A program made the position numbers and the translations under genes. From contig JAFURQ010000013.1 in NCBI GenBank assembly GCA_017471825.1, positions 13,096 through 77,095 of the forward strand: a stretch of DNA of 64,000 bases, in the 5' to 3' direction. The stretch's first letter is position 1. Each line of letters opens with the position of its first letter. Below, piece by piece: positions 23,988-34,100 of this stretch. The notes below the pieces were generated by a model. The model was not told where the DNA came from and ran no database searches. It worked only from the letters and a program-made list of their open reading frames with translations. The DNA comes from Clostridia bacterium. GTDB lineage: Bacteria > Bacillota > Clostridia > Oscillospirales > CAG-272.

Positions 23988-26900
23988 TCAATCCTGGTAT
24001 TTTTGAACCATACCGCCTGCAAGACCAATCATCTTGACAGCCTGGATGGAGAACTTATCAGCAACGATGGTAAGCTTCTTCGTCATAACGCCGCGAGTAA
24101 GAACCTTAATTCTTTCTGCCTTCTTTGTTATGAGATGCTTTGCCTTGAGGTTTTCAATGGTAACTACGTCACCGTCCTCATAGTTCTCGCAAATGGTGTC
24201 GAGGTTGATCTCGTAGCACTTGTTGGATTTGGGCTTGAAGCCGGGAGCGCGAGTTACGCTCTCGATAAGCTCGGTTGCCTGAGTGTCGGAAATGATCGTA
24301 TCAGCTTCGGTTGCGTTAACGTTTACAATCTCTTCCTCTGCTACCTGGTGGTCTACAATGTGAACCGCGGGAGCTTCTTCAACTACGGGTTCTTCGATTG
24401 CGGGCTCTTCAACCACAGGCTCTTCGACCACAGGTTCTTCGGCTACGGGCTCTTCAACTGCAGGCTCTTCAACCACAGGTTCTTCGGCTACGGGCTCTTC
24501 AACTGCAGGCTCTTCAACCACAGGTTCTTCGGCTACGGGCTCCTCGACTACGGGAGTCTCGGTTGCAACAGCCTCATCGTCATCGGTCTTGAACTCGCTG
24601 AGAAGATCGCCTACGTTGACTCTCTCAATAATGGTGTTTTCATCAATGGTCATACCGTCGGGAAGAATAACCTTTACAAGATCGCAGTCAACGAGTGCCT
24701 CGGTGCTTTCGTAAGGAAGGTGGTAATCCTCGGTGGGAAGCGCACCCTGCTCTATTCCGTTCTTGCTCATTACTTCATCAATAAGCTCAAACGCATACTT
24801 AAGCGAGCGATCGCTCTTAACCTTAAGCATCATAGGAACCTTATCAAGCTTGGGCTTGTCGGAAACATCGGTGAAGTGATACTTCTCTGCATTGTATTCG
24901 TTAGGATCAAGTCCGAGGTAAACCTGGAACGCACTACCCTTAACGTTAAGCTTAGCGCACTGGATTCTGCCCTTATTGAAGGATTCGAAGTTCCAGCTTG
25001 TTCTTGCCTTAACACCCTTGAAGGAGAGAAGGTAATTCTTAACTGCGGTGTAGTAATCCTGAATCGGAGGCTCTGCCTGAATAAGTCTTGACATGAACGA
25101 GGTTCTGTAACGAACAGGAACAACCACGCCGTTTACACGTCTTACGCCGTCAGAAGCGAAGGAAGCAGCTGCAATTGCTGCAAACGATCCTGCCTCGGGC
25201 TCTTCGACTACGGGAGCTTCCTCAACTACGGGAACCTCTTCAACCACGGGCTCTTCAACCACAGGTTCTTCTTCAACCGCAGGTTCTTCTTCAACCACGG
25301 GTTCTTCTTCAACCACGGGTTCTTCTTCAACCACGGGTTCTTCTTCAACCACAGGTTCTTCTTCAACCACGGGCTCTTCAACCACGGGCTCTTCAACCAC
25401 AGGCTCTTCAACCACAGGCTCTTCAACCGCGGGCTCTTCCTCAACTACAGGCTCTTCCTCAACTACAGGTTCCTCTTCAGTTGCGGGTTCTTCCTCAACT
25501 ACGGGTTCCTCTTCAGTTGCGGGTTCTTCTTCAGCCGCAGGCTCGGTTTCGGGCTCGGTTGCAGGCTCGGTGGGCTCTTCATCGTCACCCTTTCTTCTTA
25601 CAAGAAGGATAATGATGAGGGCTATTATGATAGCAACGAGAATTGCGATAAGGATCCAGAGCCAAGTCCAATCCTTTTCTTCATCAACAACTGCCATATC
25701 TGCTCCGCAGTTATCGCACTTGCCGTCTCCGTCGCTGTCTACGTGATCGGTGCAAGGAGGAGTAGGAGTATCCATATCCTCGCCGCAGTTATCACACTTG
25801 CCATCTCCATCGCTGTCTACGTGATCGGTGCAAGGAGGAGTGGGAGTATCCATATCCTCGCCGCATATATCACACTTGCCGTCTCTGTTGTTATCAACGT
25901 GGCCGGGACATACTGTGGTACCCATATCAGCACCGCAGTTATCACACTTGCCATCACCGTTGTTGTCTACGTGATCGGTGCAAGGAGGAGTAGGCTGGGG
26001 CTCGTCGGTTTCTTCGGCAATCTCAACAATACCGTAAACCGAGAAGTGAGTTGTTTCAAATACCATATAGTCACCGCTGCGTACAGCATCGATAACCTCG
26101 GTTTCGCCATTTTCGTTTACGTAAACGATCTTGAAGGTTGAGTCATCGTTATCGGTTGAGCTTTCGGGAATAAGTATACGTACAACGAATTCATTCTCTA
26201 TGGGAGATTCTGCTCCGTCGAACATAAATTCAATGTCATATGCCGCAACGAGCTTTGCTACAAAGCCTTCATCTGCAAGGTCGGAAACGTCAATGTTTGC
26301 AAGATTTGCAAGCTCGTCAGCTACCTCGAGGTAGTGGCCTGCTGCAATCTTGGGACCGTGTACGGTTACTATAACTATGTAACCGAATGCGAAATAATCG
26401 GAGAATTCATCCGCAGTAATAACCATGTATGCGGTCAGGGAAGCCTCTGTATAGTTGCTTCCTGCGGTGAAGTTAGCTGTAACCTCGTACTCGCCGCAGT
26501 CAATCTGCTCGTTACCAACGTAGCTTACATTGATGAAATCAGGAAGAGTTCCGTTGATAGCTATGCTCTGATACTGACCGTTGTAGTACAATACTGCGCT
26601 GTCGAACGTGATGCCAAGCTCTGCAAGGTATGCGGCAAGGTCTGCACGATCGACCCTCCACTCATAAGTGGAAACGAAGGTTGCGGGGTAATCAATCTCG
26701 TAATTCGGAACAACCGGGAACTCTACGTGAGTATAGTACGTACCTGCATTCTCGGGATCAACAACATTGTTGCCCTCTGCGTCGGACGTAGTCTTGTATG
26801 AGGGTACCACGATATTCTGATACTCGGCGGGAATGCCGCTTATCGTAGGAAGAAGAGTTACGGTCGAGCCGTTGTACACGGGATTTGTGAACTGGTTCCA

Positions 26901-29900
26901 AGCAAGATCGTTAAGAGTTATCTTCTTGGGAGAAATTATCCACTGCTTTTCAACCACAGTGTTCTGATTTCCGAGAGTGTAATTCTTCTCTGCGCTTGCT
27001 ATGAGATGGATGGTAGCAATTGCATTGTAGATGTTTGCATCGGTTGCAGAGTTGCTTCCGGTCTCGTAGGAAACGTCGAGAATGTCTCTCATGCCTGTCT
27101 TGTCTATTTCGATGGTGTGAGTTACACCGGGCTCATAAACGAGCGCGGTATCGGTGTACGCACCGCCGCCGACAATTATCCAATTGTAATTGCCGTCAAG
27201 AAGCACAAGCTGCTTATCAATTGCCCAGTTTACAGTGTAGCTTACAACACCGTCGTCATCCTCGTTACCGCCAACAACGAGAACGTAGTTGGAGTTATTG
27301 AGAGTGATCGTTGCGGTTGCAGTGTAGTTATCACCTGCATCGGTAGCACGGGTCTCGCAATTTGCAAGAGTTACGATTCCGTCAGCAATGTAAGAGGAAT
27401 CAAGTGCCGCGGTGTCGAGATAGAGAACATACTCGGAGTTGTTGTAAACAAGGGGACTTGTAAGATCTGCATAGGGGGTGCCGTTGTATTTCCACTCAAA
27501 GTCAACGTTAATCGTCTTTCTTGCGATAGTGAAGTAAAGTTCCTTCTCGATAGTGGTTTCAACAACGTAGTTATTAGTGTCAACGGGAGTAATAGTAACC
27601 TCTACATAGTAGTTACCTGCATCGGTGGGAGCAGTGGTTCCTATGCTCTCGTAGACTCCGTTGGCATTTGCCTTGTAGTAGTTAACGGTTGCGGTAATGA
27701 TAGTAGCATCGTAAGGAGTAAGCGAGGGTGCCTGCGGATTTCCGTTATAAGTGAAGGAGCTACCGCCCTGCCACTGTATGTCGGAGTTAAGGGTTGCCTT
27801 ATTAACAATCCAATCCTGAGGAGCGAAAAGCTTATACTCGCCGCTTACGGGATCCTTTTCTACTGCGTAGTTGTTAAGAAGCTCGGGATGTGCTGTGAAA
27901 TCAATCGTTGCAGTAGCGGTAACGATACCGTTAGTTGCATTGACGGACTTGTTGTTAGTATAAACAACGGCATTGGCTATATCCTCGGGAAGACCCGCGA
28001 TAGTAACCGTATGCTCTGTCACTCCGTCGTAAGTGAACTCAAAGCCGGTGGTTGCTCTTGTGAGAGCAAGCGTCTGCCAAGAGAACGTCGAAAGGTCTAC
28101 GGGCTTTGAAACGATTGTCCAAGCAGGGCTGGCAGGTGCCGCGGAGCCGCGCCATACGTAGTTGCCCTGATATTCGGACTTAACGGTAACGGTTGCGGTC
28201 GTGTTGTAGGTGCCTGCATCAGTGGTGCCTGCGTTGGTCTGGGTGTGAGTACCGAGAAGAATCTCAAGCTCCTCGGGCACGGTTGCGCTTATGGCATATT
28301 CTCTGCCGTACTCGTACTCTGAGCCGCTGATGCCGGTATCCCATACGATGTCGGCATCAGTATAAACAACGGGGTCGATTACCCACTGCTTTTCAAACTT
28401 ATCACCGTCTGCAAACGCGTAGTTGGGATTGATAATTTCGAACTGAGCGGACAGGTCGTAGGTTGCGGCATTGGTGCCCTTGAACACGTTAGTATCAATG
28501 CGAGCGATGATGAACTGATATTCAGCCTTCACGCTTACGTTAACAACGTGCTCTGCCTTGTTGTACTTATAGGGTCCTGTGTAATCCCATTCAACAGCAT
28601 TATTAACGCTGATTTTCTTGTGGGTTATGGTAACAGCGACCTTATTGGTAGTAAGGGGCTCAAGAACCGTGTCACCGTGCTTAACGGAAATTACAACGTG
28701 GTAATTACCTGTGTCAGCAACGTCGGATATTTCGTACGTGGTACCGGTTGCGCCATCAATAAGAGTGTTATTCTTATACCAAGCGTATGTATAGGTAAGT
28801 ATGGGGTTAATGGGTGTTACAGTCGCGGTAAGAGTGATGCTCTCACCCTCGTTGTATTCTTTTTCTGTTGCGGTTGCTTCAAGGGTTGCCTTGGCATCGG
28901 CGGTAAGAGCGTAAAGCTCTACGTCCTGAGCGGGCATCTCCTTGTATTCGGTGCCGTTTTCGTCAACCCACATAATGATGGGGTCGCCGTTGTAATCGGT
29001 AACACCTGCGAAGAAGTCAATATCAGCGCCTACGGGAAGGAAGCCTTCTCTCTCAAGGTTAGCCGCCGACTTGTCGCCGAGATAGTAGGAAACCTTGTAT
29101 ACGTTATCAAAGTGAACGTCAACGTCAGCATAAACCGAGATAACGGTGTTGTCAAGGAATGCATCTATAAGGTCTGCGAGGGTTTCGTTAGCCTTCTTTG
29201 CCCACGGAACAAGGTCAATGCTAAGACCCTTTTCAGCGTGGAAGTCACCGTTGCCCTTGTAAAGATCTGTGAGCTTGTTGTCCTCAAGGGTCTCGGGGAG
29301 GTAGGAATAAGCCTTAGCAAGAACGTCGAGCGCTCTGTTGTAGTAGTACTCGTACTGCGAAACTTTATTCTTTATACCCTCTTCGGTAAGACCGTCGAGT
29401 CTTTCAAATTTGCTTACGAACTCGCTGTCAAGAATACCGTCGAAATCAACGTAATCGAAGATCTTGAGAAGATCTGCAAAGGTTACGTCGTTTACCATTG
29501 CATAAAGCTCGTCGGGAGTGCTTGTAAACGCCGCAAATACCTTGGTTTTGAGTTCTTCGGGAACCTCGGAGGACTGACAAGCCTTGAGTGCTGCCTCTGC
29601 AAGCTCGTCGGGAACTCTGATGTCTGCTGTGAGAGTGCCGTCAAGGTAGGTTACGTTGAAGTTTCTTGCGAGAATTTCAGCAACCTTCTTAACGTCGTCC
29701 TGATTGCTTCCGAGCTTAAAGGTTACGCTGAACTCGGAGCTTCCGAGCTGAGTATCAAGCTTGAAGTCGTAGGAAAGCTGCATTTTATCAGAGTCCATCG
29801 CTGCAATCTCGTCGAAGGTAGGAAGCTCCTCGATGAGAGTGAGAATAGTTTCCTGAATAAATGCCGCGCCCTTGGGGCTATCACCGTAGAGAAGGAGATC

Positions 29901-30995
29901 GTTAATATAGAGGCCTTCTACAAGGGTGAGAAGCTCAACGTAATTTCTGGGGCTGAACTCATCATTGGAAAGTGCAACGTAGAACTCCTCGTACATATCC
30001 ATGATGTTGGCTTCAATCTCAGCAAGTCTTACGTTTACGCCTGCTTCATCGTATCCGAAAAGCTCGAGATAAGCATCGTCTATGTTGTCGATTGCCTTGA
30101 TTCTGAGAGCGGCATCGGAATACAGGGGTGATGCAAACACCTCGCGATAGTCAGATGCGCTTGCGTTGGCAAGCAGGAGCTTAGCCTCGTCAACAGTACA
30201 GCCGTTTACGTCAGCAACGTACTCAGCGAAATACTCGTTTATGTAATTGTGGAACGAGCCCTTTTCATCAATCTCACCGGTTACGTAAGCCTTATAATCG
30301 GCAATTGCCTCGTCGATATAAGCCTCGGTAAGCTCTCTTTTCTTTTCAGCGATTATCTCCTTAAACTCACCGTCGATTTCCTCGGGAGTGGGACAGTCGG
30401 TGCTGATGAAAATTCTCGTGATGTTTGCCGCTTCAAGAAGAGTGATTACGAAATCAGCGTAAGCCTCAGCCTTTGCATCGTCGGCTATAATATCCTGAAC
30501 GAATTCAAGGTGGGTGTCGTCGTTAGCCACACCGTACTCATTTGCAATGTAAACATCCATTGCATTCTTGAAGAGCACCTTTGTTCTTTCTGTTCTGTCG
30601 GAGGGCATATCGTCACCGAAAAGAGCATCTATGAAATCGTCATAGACTACTTCCTCGGTCACCTCAAGTGCATACTTCAAAATCTGCACAAGGTCCTCGC
30701 GTGTCATCGAAAGGATCGCCTCTGCTTTGTTGGGAGCGACGGTTATAAGGACGTCATTGCCCGAATAACTTACCGTCAACCAATCAAGGCTAAAGGAGCC
30801 TTTGTTCGTGCTGTCATTCGTGTTGTTCGTCGTGGTGCCTCCGGTGGTTGTGCCGGTGGAGGTATTGCTGTTCGCGGAGCCGGACGTTACGACAGCGTCA
30901 TCGCTCGAAGCAGCGGCAATTGTGGTTGCCGATACCGAGAAAAGCAAAACGAAAACAAGCAAGAATGCCAACAGCTTCTTAAATGTTTTTCCCAT
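23988..30995 (-). CDS. Giant (about 2335 aa) single-pass surface protein with cytoplasmic acidic repeats and a uL15-like C-terminal domain
   Basis: Signal peptide MGKTFKKLLAFLLVFVLLFSVSATTIAAA. About 1700-aa repetitive ectodomain including 4x (PPCTDHVD-DGDGKCDNCG). TM helix WLWILIAILVAIIIALIIILLV followed by RRKG. (EEPVV)n tracts. C-terminus INLDTICENYEDGDVVTIENLKAKHLITKKAERIKVLTRGVMTKKLTIVADKFSIQAVKMIGLAGGMV. Confidence 0.85.
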   Translation of the reverse strand: MGKTFKKLLAFLLVFVLLFSVSATTIAAASSDDAVVTSGSANSNTSTGTTTGGTTTNNTNDSTNKGSFSLDWLTVSYSGNDVLITVAPNKAEAILSMTREDLVQILKYALEVTEEVVYDDFIDALFGDDMPSDRTERTKVLFKNAMDVYIANEYGVANDDTHLEFVQDIIADDAKAEAYADFVITLLEAANITRIFISTDCPTPEEIDGEFKEIIAEKKRELTEAYIDEAIADYKAYVTGEIDEKGSFHNYINEYFAEYVADVNGCTVDEAKLLLANASASDYREVFASPLYSDAALRIKAIDNIDDAYLELFGYDEAGVNVRLAEIEANIMDMYEEFYVALSNDEFSPRNYVELLTLVEGLYINDLLLYGDSPKGAAFIQETILTLIEELPTFDEIAAMDSDKMQLSYDFKLDTQLGSSEFSVTFKLGSNQDDVKKVAEILARNFNVTYLDGTLTADIRVPDELAEAALKACQSSEVPEELKTKVFAAFTSTPDELYAMVNDVTFADLLKIFDYVDFDGILDSEFVSKFERLDGLTEEGIKNKVSQYEYYYNRALDVLAKAYSYLPETLEDNKLTDLYKGNGDFHAEKGLSIDLVPWAKKANETLADLIDAFLDNTVISVYADVDVHFDNVYKVSYYLGDKSAANLEREGFLPVGADIDFFAGVTDYNGDPIIMWVDENGTEYKEMPAQDVELYALTADAKATLEATATEKEYNEGESITLTATVTPINPILTYTYAWYKNNTLIDGATGTTYEISDVADTGNYHVVISVKHGDTVLEPLTTNKVAVTITHKKISVNNAVEWDYTGPYKYNKAEHVVNVSVKAEYQFIIARIDTNVFKGTNAATYDLSAQFEIINPNYAFADGDKFEKQWVIDPVVYTDADIVWDTGISGSEYEYGREYAISATVPEELEILLGTHTQTNAGTTDAGTYNTTATVTVKSEYQGNYVWRGSAAPASPAWTIVSKPVDLSTFSWQTLALTRATTGFEFTYDGVTEHTVTIAGLPEDIANAVVYTNNKSVNATNGIVTATATIDFTAHPELLNNYAVEKDPVSGEYKLFAPQDWIVNKATLNSDIQWQGGSSFTYNGNPQAPSLTPYDATIITATVNYYKANANGVYESIGTTAPTDAGNYYVEVTITPVDTNNYVVETTIEKELYFTIARKTINVDFEWKYNGTPYADLTSPLVYNNSEYVLYLDTAALDSSYIADGIVTLANCETRATDAGDNYTATATITLNNSNYVLVVGGNEDDDGVVSYTVNWAIDKQLVLLDGNYNWIIVGGGAYTDTALVYEPGVTHTIEIDKTGMRDILDVSYETGSNSATDANIYNAIATIHLIASAEKNYTLGNQNTVVEKQWIISPKKITLNDLAWNQFTNPVYNGSTVTLLPTISGIPAEYQNIVVPSYKTTSDAEGNNVVDPENAGTYYTHVEFPVVPNYEIDYPATFVSTYEWRVDRADLAAYLAELGITFDSAVLYYNGQYQSIAINGTLPDFINVSYVGNEQIDCGEYEVTANFTAGSNYTEASLTAYMVITADEFSDYFAFGYIVIVTVHGPKIAAGHYLEVADELANLANIDVSDLADEGFVAKLVAAYDIEFMFDGAESPIENEFVVRILIPESSTDNDDSTFKIVYVNENGETEVIDAVRSGDYMVFETTHFSVYGIVEIAEETDEPQPTPPCTDHVDNNGDGKCDNCGADMGTTVCPGHVDNNRDGKCDICGEDMDTPTPPCTDHVDSDGDGKCDNCGEDMDTPTPPCTDHVDSDGDGKCDNCGADMAVVDEEKDWTWLWILIAILVAIIIALIIILLVRRKGDDEEPTEPATEPETEPAAEEEPATEEEPVVEEEPATEEEPVVEEEPVVEEEPAVEEPVVEEPVVEEPVVEEPVVEEEPVVEEEPVVEEEPVVEEEPVVEEEPAVEEEPVVEEPVVEEVPVVEEAPVVEEPEAGSFAAIAAASFASDGVRRVNGVVVPVRYRTSFMSRLIQAEPPIQDYYTAVKNYLLSFKGVKARTSWNFESFNKGRIQCAKLNVKGSAFQVYLGLDPNEYNAEKYHFTDVSDKPKLDKVPMMLKVKSDRSLKYAFELIDEVMSKNGIEQGALPTEDYHLPYESTEALVDCDLVKVILPDGMTIDENTIIERVNVGDLLSEFKTDDDEAVATETPVVEEPVAEEPVVEEPAVEEPVAEEPVVEEPAVEEPVAEEPVVEEPVVEEPAIEEPVVEEAPAVHIVDHQVAEEEIVNVNATEADTIISDTQATELIESVTRAPGFKPKSNKCYEINLDTICENYEDGDVVTIENLKAKHLITKKAERIKVLTRGVMTKKLTIVADKFSIQAVKMIGLAGGMVQKYQD
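24371..24565 (-). repeat. In-frame tandem repeats encoding (V/A)EEPV acidic tract 2 (45-bp super-repeat)
   Basis: GGGCTCTTCAACTGCAGGCTCTTCAACCACAGGTTCTTCGGCTAC is repeated about three times head to tail. Confidence 0.85.
25195..25580 (-). repeat. In-frame 15/18-bp tandem repeats encoding the (EEPVV/EEEPVV)n acidic tract
   Basis: Long run of TTCTTCTTCAACCACGGG / CTCTTCAACCACAGG units. Confidence 0.85.
25695..26000 (-). repeat. Four tandem ~78-bp units encoding PPCTDHVDxDGDGKCDxCGxDM modules
   Basis: Visible both in the protein and as near-identical DNA (GTGATCGGTGCAAGGAGGAGT... three times). Confidence 0.8.
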
Positions 30996-31199
30996 TTTGT
31001 TACCAAACCTTTCCACTATTGTGCGTAATAGTTAAATTAAATTAAGTAAATTATAGCACTCGCGACTAAAAAAGTCAATATAAAAAATAAAAAATGAACA
31101 CCTGTTCGCGCGAACTATGGGAAGTTCACCAAATAAATGTTCATTTTTTTATTCAATTTCACGATTTTTCGCGGTTAGTTATGGGGCGTGTCAAGTTTT

Positions 31200-34100
31200 T
31201 CAACTCTTTTTGGACTTCCTTCTCACTCTGCGAACGAGCTTAACCAAGGCAATCACAAGCACGGGCAGAATAACTACCGCTCCGTAGACTCCGATAAAGA
31301 GCACGGTCACTATAATTCTGAGCACCGAATCGGTTATTATCAAGCCGTCGGGCTGCTCCTTTTCGGGTATCTCGGTGGGAAGATAAAGCGCCTCGTAGAT
31401 TTTATCCTCCGTAACCGCGGTTATAACGGGCTCCCAATCGAGAAATTTGTAATTGTATTCGCTGTCGCTTGCCTTCTTAGGCGCGGTCGGGGGCGTGGGA
31501 ATATCTCCGTAGAAATACTTTTTGACGCTTATGACCTTACCGTCAGCCACGAAGGTCACGGTATAGCTGATACGCTCGTACTCTATTCCGACAGATACGC
31601 CAGAGGCGGGCATTATAAACGTCGAATCGACGATCTCTTCCCTCTCGCCGTTCTCCTTGATGAGATAAACTGAGGTGATTTTAATTCCCACGGGTGCGGC
31701 GTAATCGATGCGAACCCTATCTCCTGCCGAGGCGGCGGACTTGTCTGCGCCAATATAGACCTCATCGGTTTTCATAACGTCGATTGCGTATTCAGTTACC
31801 GCGTGATAGGCAACTCCGCATATAACGCTTACCGTTACCGACGTCGAATCGGGAATCGCTCTTACCGGCACTCTTCCGTCTGCGGTTTCGTAATACATAC
31901 GCATATTTGCCGGATCAGAGAAGGTGTAAGGAAGAGTGAGCACGGCACCTACGGAGACATCAAGTCTTTCTCCGTCAGTACCGTAAAGATTAACTGCAAA
32001 CGAGTAGCCAACGCTTCCCTTCACAGCGGAGGAAACCGACAGTGCGCTAACGCCTGCCTCGCTCATTGCGATAACCTCAGAATAAGAAAATTCAAGGGTA
32101 TAGTTCTTTGCGCTGACGGTAATTCCGCCATTTCCCGCCGCACGGGGTATGAGATGTGACAAATTGAGCTCCTTATCCGGAGAGCGCGACGAATCCACAA
32201 AATATCTTGTGCCGTCAAAAGAAACAAGAGCTCCCGAGCCGTTTGAATACGGGACTATAAATCGCCTTTCAAATTCGGCGGTGAAAAGGTTTTGTGATTC
32301 ATCTGCACTGACAGAGGGGAAATCTCCCTCCACTATCGCGCCGCTGAAATCACGCCAGCCTGCAAAGACGTACATAAAGCTGTCTACATCAGCCTTCTCG
32401 GGCACAACGGGACATACAGGGGTGACTCCAAGACGCTCTCGGGTAACCGTCCTGTTGCCGTTTACAGACCAAGTAACGTCATAGAGCTTATACTCTGCTT
32501 CAAACAATGGGTACAGATTCAGCTGGACTCCCTGACAGTTAACGGACGTCATATCCACGGGATTGCCGTTTTCGTCCTGCCAGCCGACAAAGGTATAGGT
32601 TGCCGAATCGTCCTCGGGCTTTGTGGGAATCATACCCGAAAATTCAACGTAAGAGGTGCGTTCGGCGTTAACCGTGTCAAGTTTTTCGCCGTTTGTGCCG
32701 TAAAAATTTATTACTATTTCGTCTACGTTAAGGAACCTTTTAACTGCAAATGCCTCGAGCGTTATGAGCGCATCGGAGCTTATCTGTGAGCGCTCGGAAA
32801 GCTCGCCGTTTCGGTAAGCGGAAATAACGTCGGTTATCTCCTTCGGCAGATTTTCGGGCGTTGCAATTGAAAACGGAGGCTCAACAAGACGGGGTGCCGT
32901 AGGCCTTTCTACAATCTCGGGAGCATCTCCCGGGGCAGACACCTCCTCCGGCTTTACCGGAGCAAGGACGGGGGTAGGCTTTTGAGGCTCGTCCACGGTG
33001 ACTATCACGGGCTTTTCTACTGCCTGCGGGTAACCGTTCGGAAGCGGCTCGGCATTGTTTTTATCAACTATATAAACCTCTCCCTCATGAATTTTGAGGG
33101 GGGTATCACCGTCGATTCTGTACGTGGAATCAAACAGCGCTGTACCGTCATAATTTGACACGGGGGTGTCCGAAATGGCATTTACCGTGTAATAAAGCTG
33201 TGCTAAAAGTATCTCATATTTCTCTATTTTGTTCTGCTGTCTTATTGCCACCCTGACCTTAGCATTGCGGTAAAGCTTGTCAAGACATTTGAAGAGAAGT
33301 GAGAAATTTTCCTTGAAGGCTTCGTAGTTTAAGGAGTAATAGGCGTACTTATCCTCCTCTTCTGTCAGAGCGAAATATCCGTCAAACAGCTCTCGGAGAT
33401 TTTCGGTTGCAAGTCCCGCCTCGTCAACTACCGCCCCGTCAAGTCCCGTCAGCTCGTTTGCTATGGCATCCTTGTTGGCAAGTACGGTGGTTACTGTGTC
33501 GGTCATTATCGCTCTGTAAAGCGAGCGTTTGTATGACGTGCAATTTCTCTGAATTCCGTCAATGATAGCTATTTGATCCTTGACGGTTGCGTAATTGGCT
33601 ACATATTCATTATATAAAGCAAGGTTAGCGTCGTATTTCTTCTTATCATCGAGATACTTGATATATTCGGCGTGTTTTTTGTTATATACCTCAAGCTCGG
33701 CAAGATATTCCTGATAGATCGCCTCGGCATCCTCGTAATCTGCGTATTCCTTGAGATATTTCTGATATGCTATGTATTTTTCGTCATAGACGTTCTTATC
33801 GGAGATATATTTCTGATAAAGGGCAAGGCGCGCATCGTATTCACGCTTCTGTTCAAGATACTCACCGTAGGACGCCCACAGGGGTGCCTCGCTGTACGTT
33901 TTGTTGAGAAGGCCGTTTACGGTTTTCTGCGCTACGCCGATGCTTGAAGAATACATAACTCTTACGTATTCTTCCCCACCCTCGTCAATATCCGTTAGGG
34001 TGACGGTATATTTTCCGTCGGCGCCGACTGTCATACTGTGCTTCTCACCCGAAACAGTGGCGTAAACCGGAGTCCACTTTATTTTAAATCCGGTATTGGC

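Noticed and set aside
25195-25580. Regular short repeats that could be mistaken for a CRISPR array or satellite
   Set aside because: The units are 15-18 bp, contiguous with no unique spacers, and in frame within the giant gene, where they encode (E)EEPVV.
24003-31028. Several long plus-strand ORFs (24003-25091, 27006-28109, 28548-30131, 30249-31028 and smaller ones)
   Set aside because: All are antisense to the 2335-aa minus-strand gene. Their products are repetitive and Val/Gly/Cys-rich with no starts or RBS. They are shadow frames of a repetitive gene.
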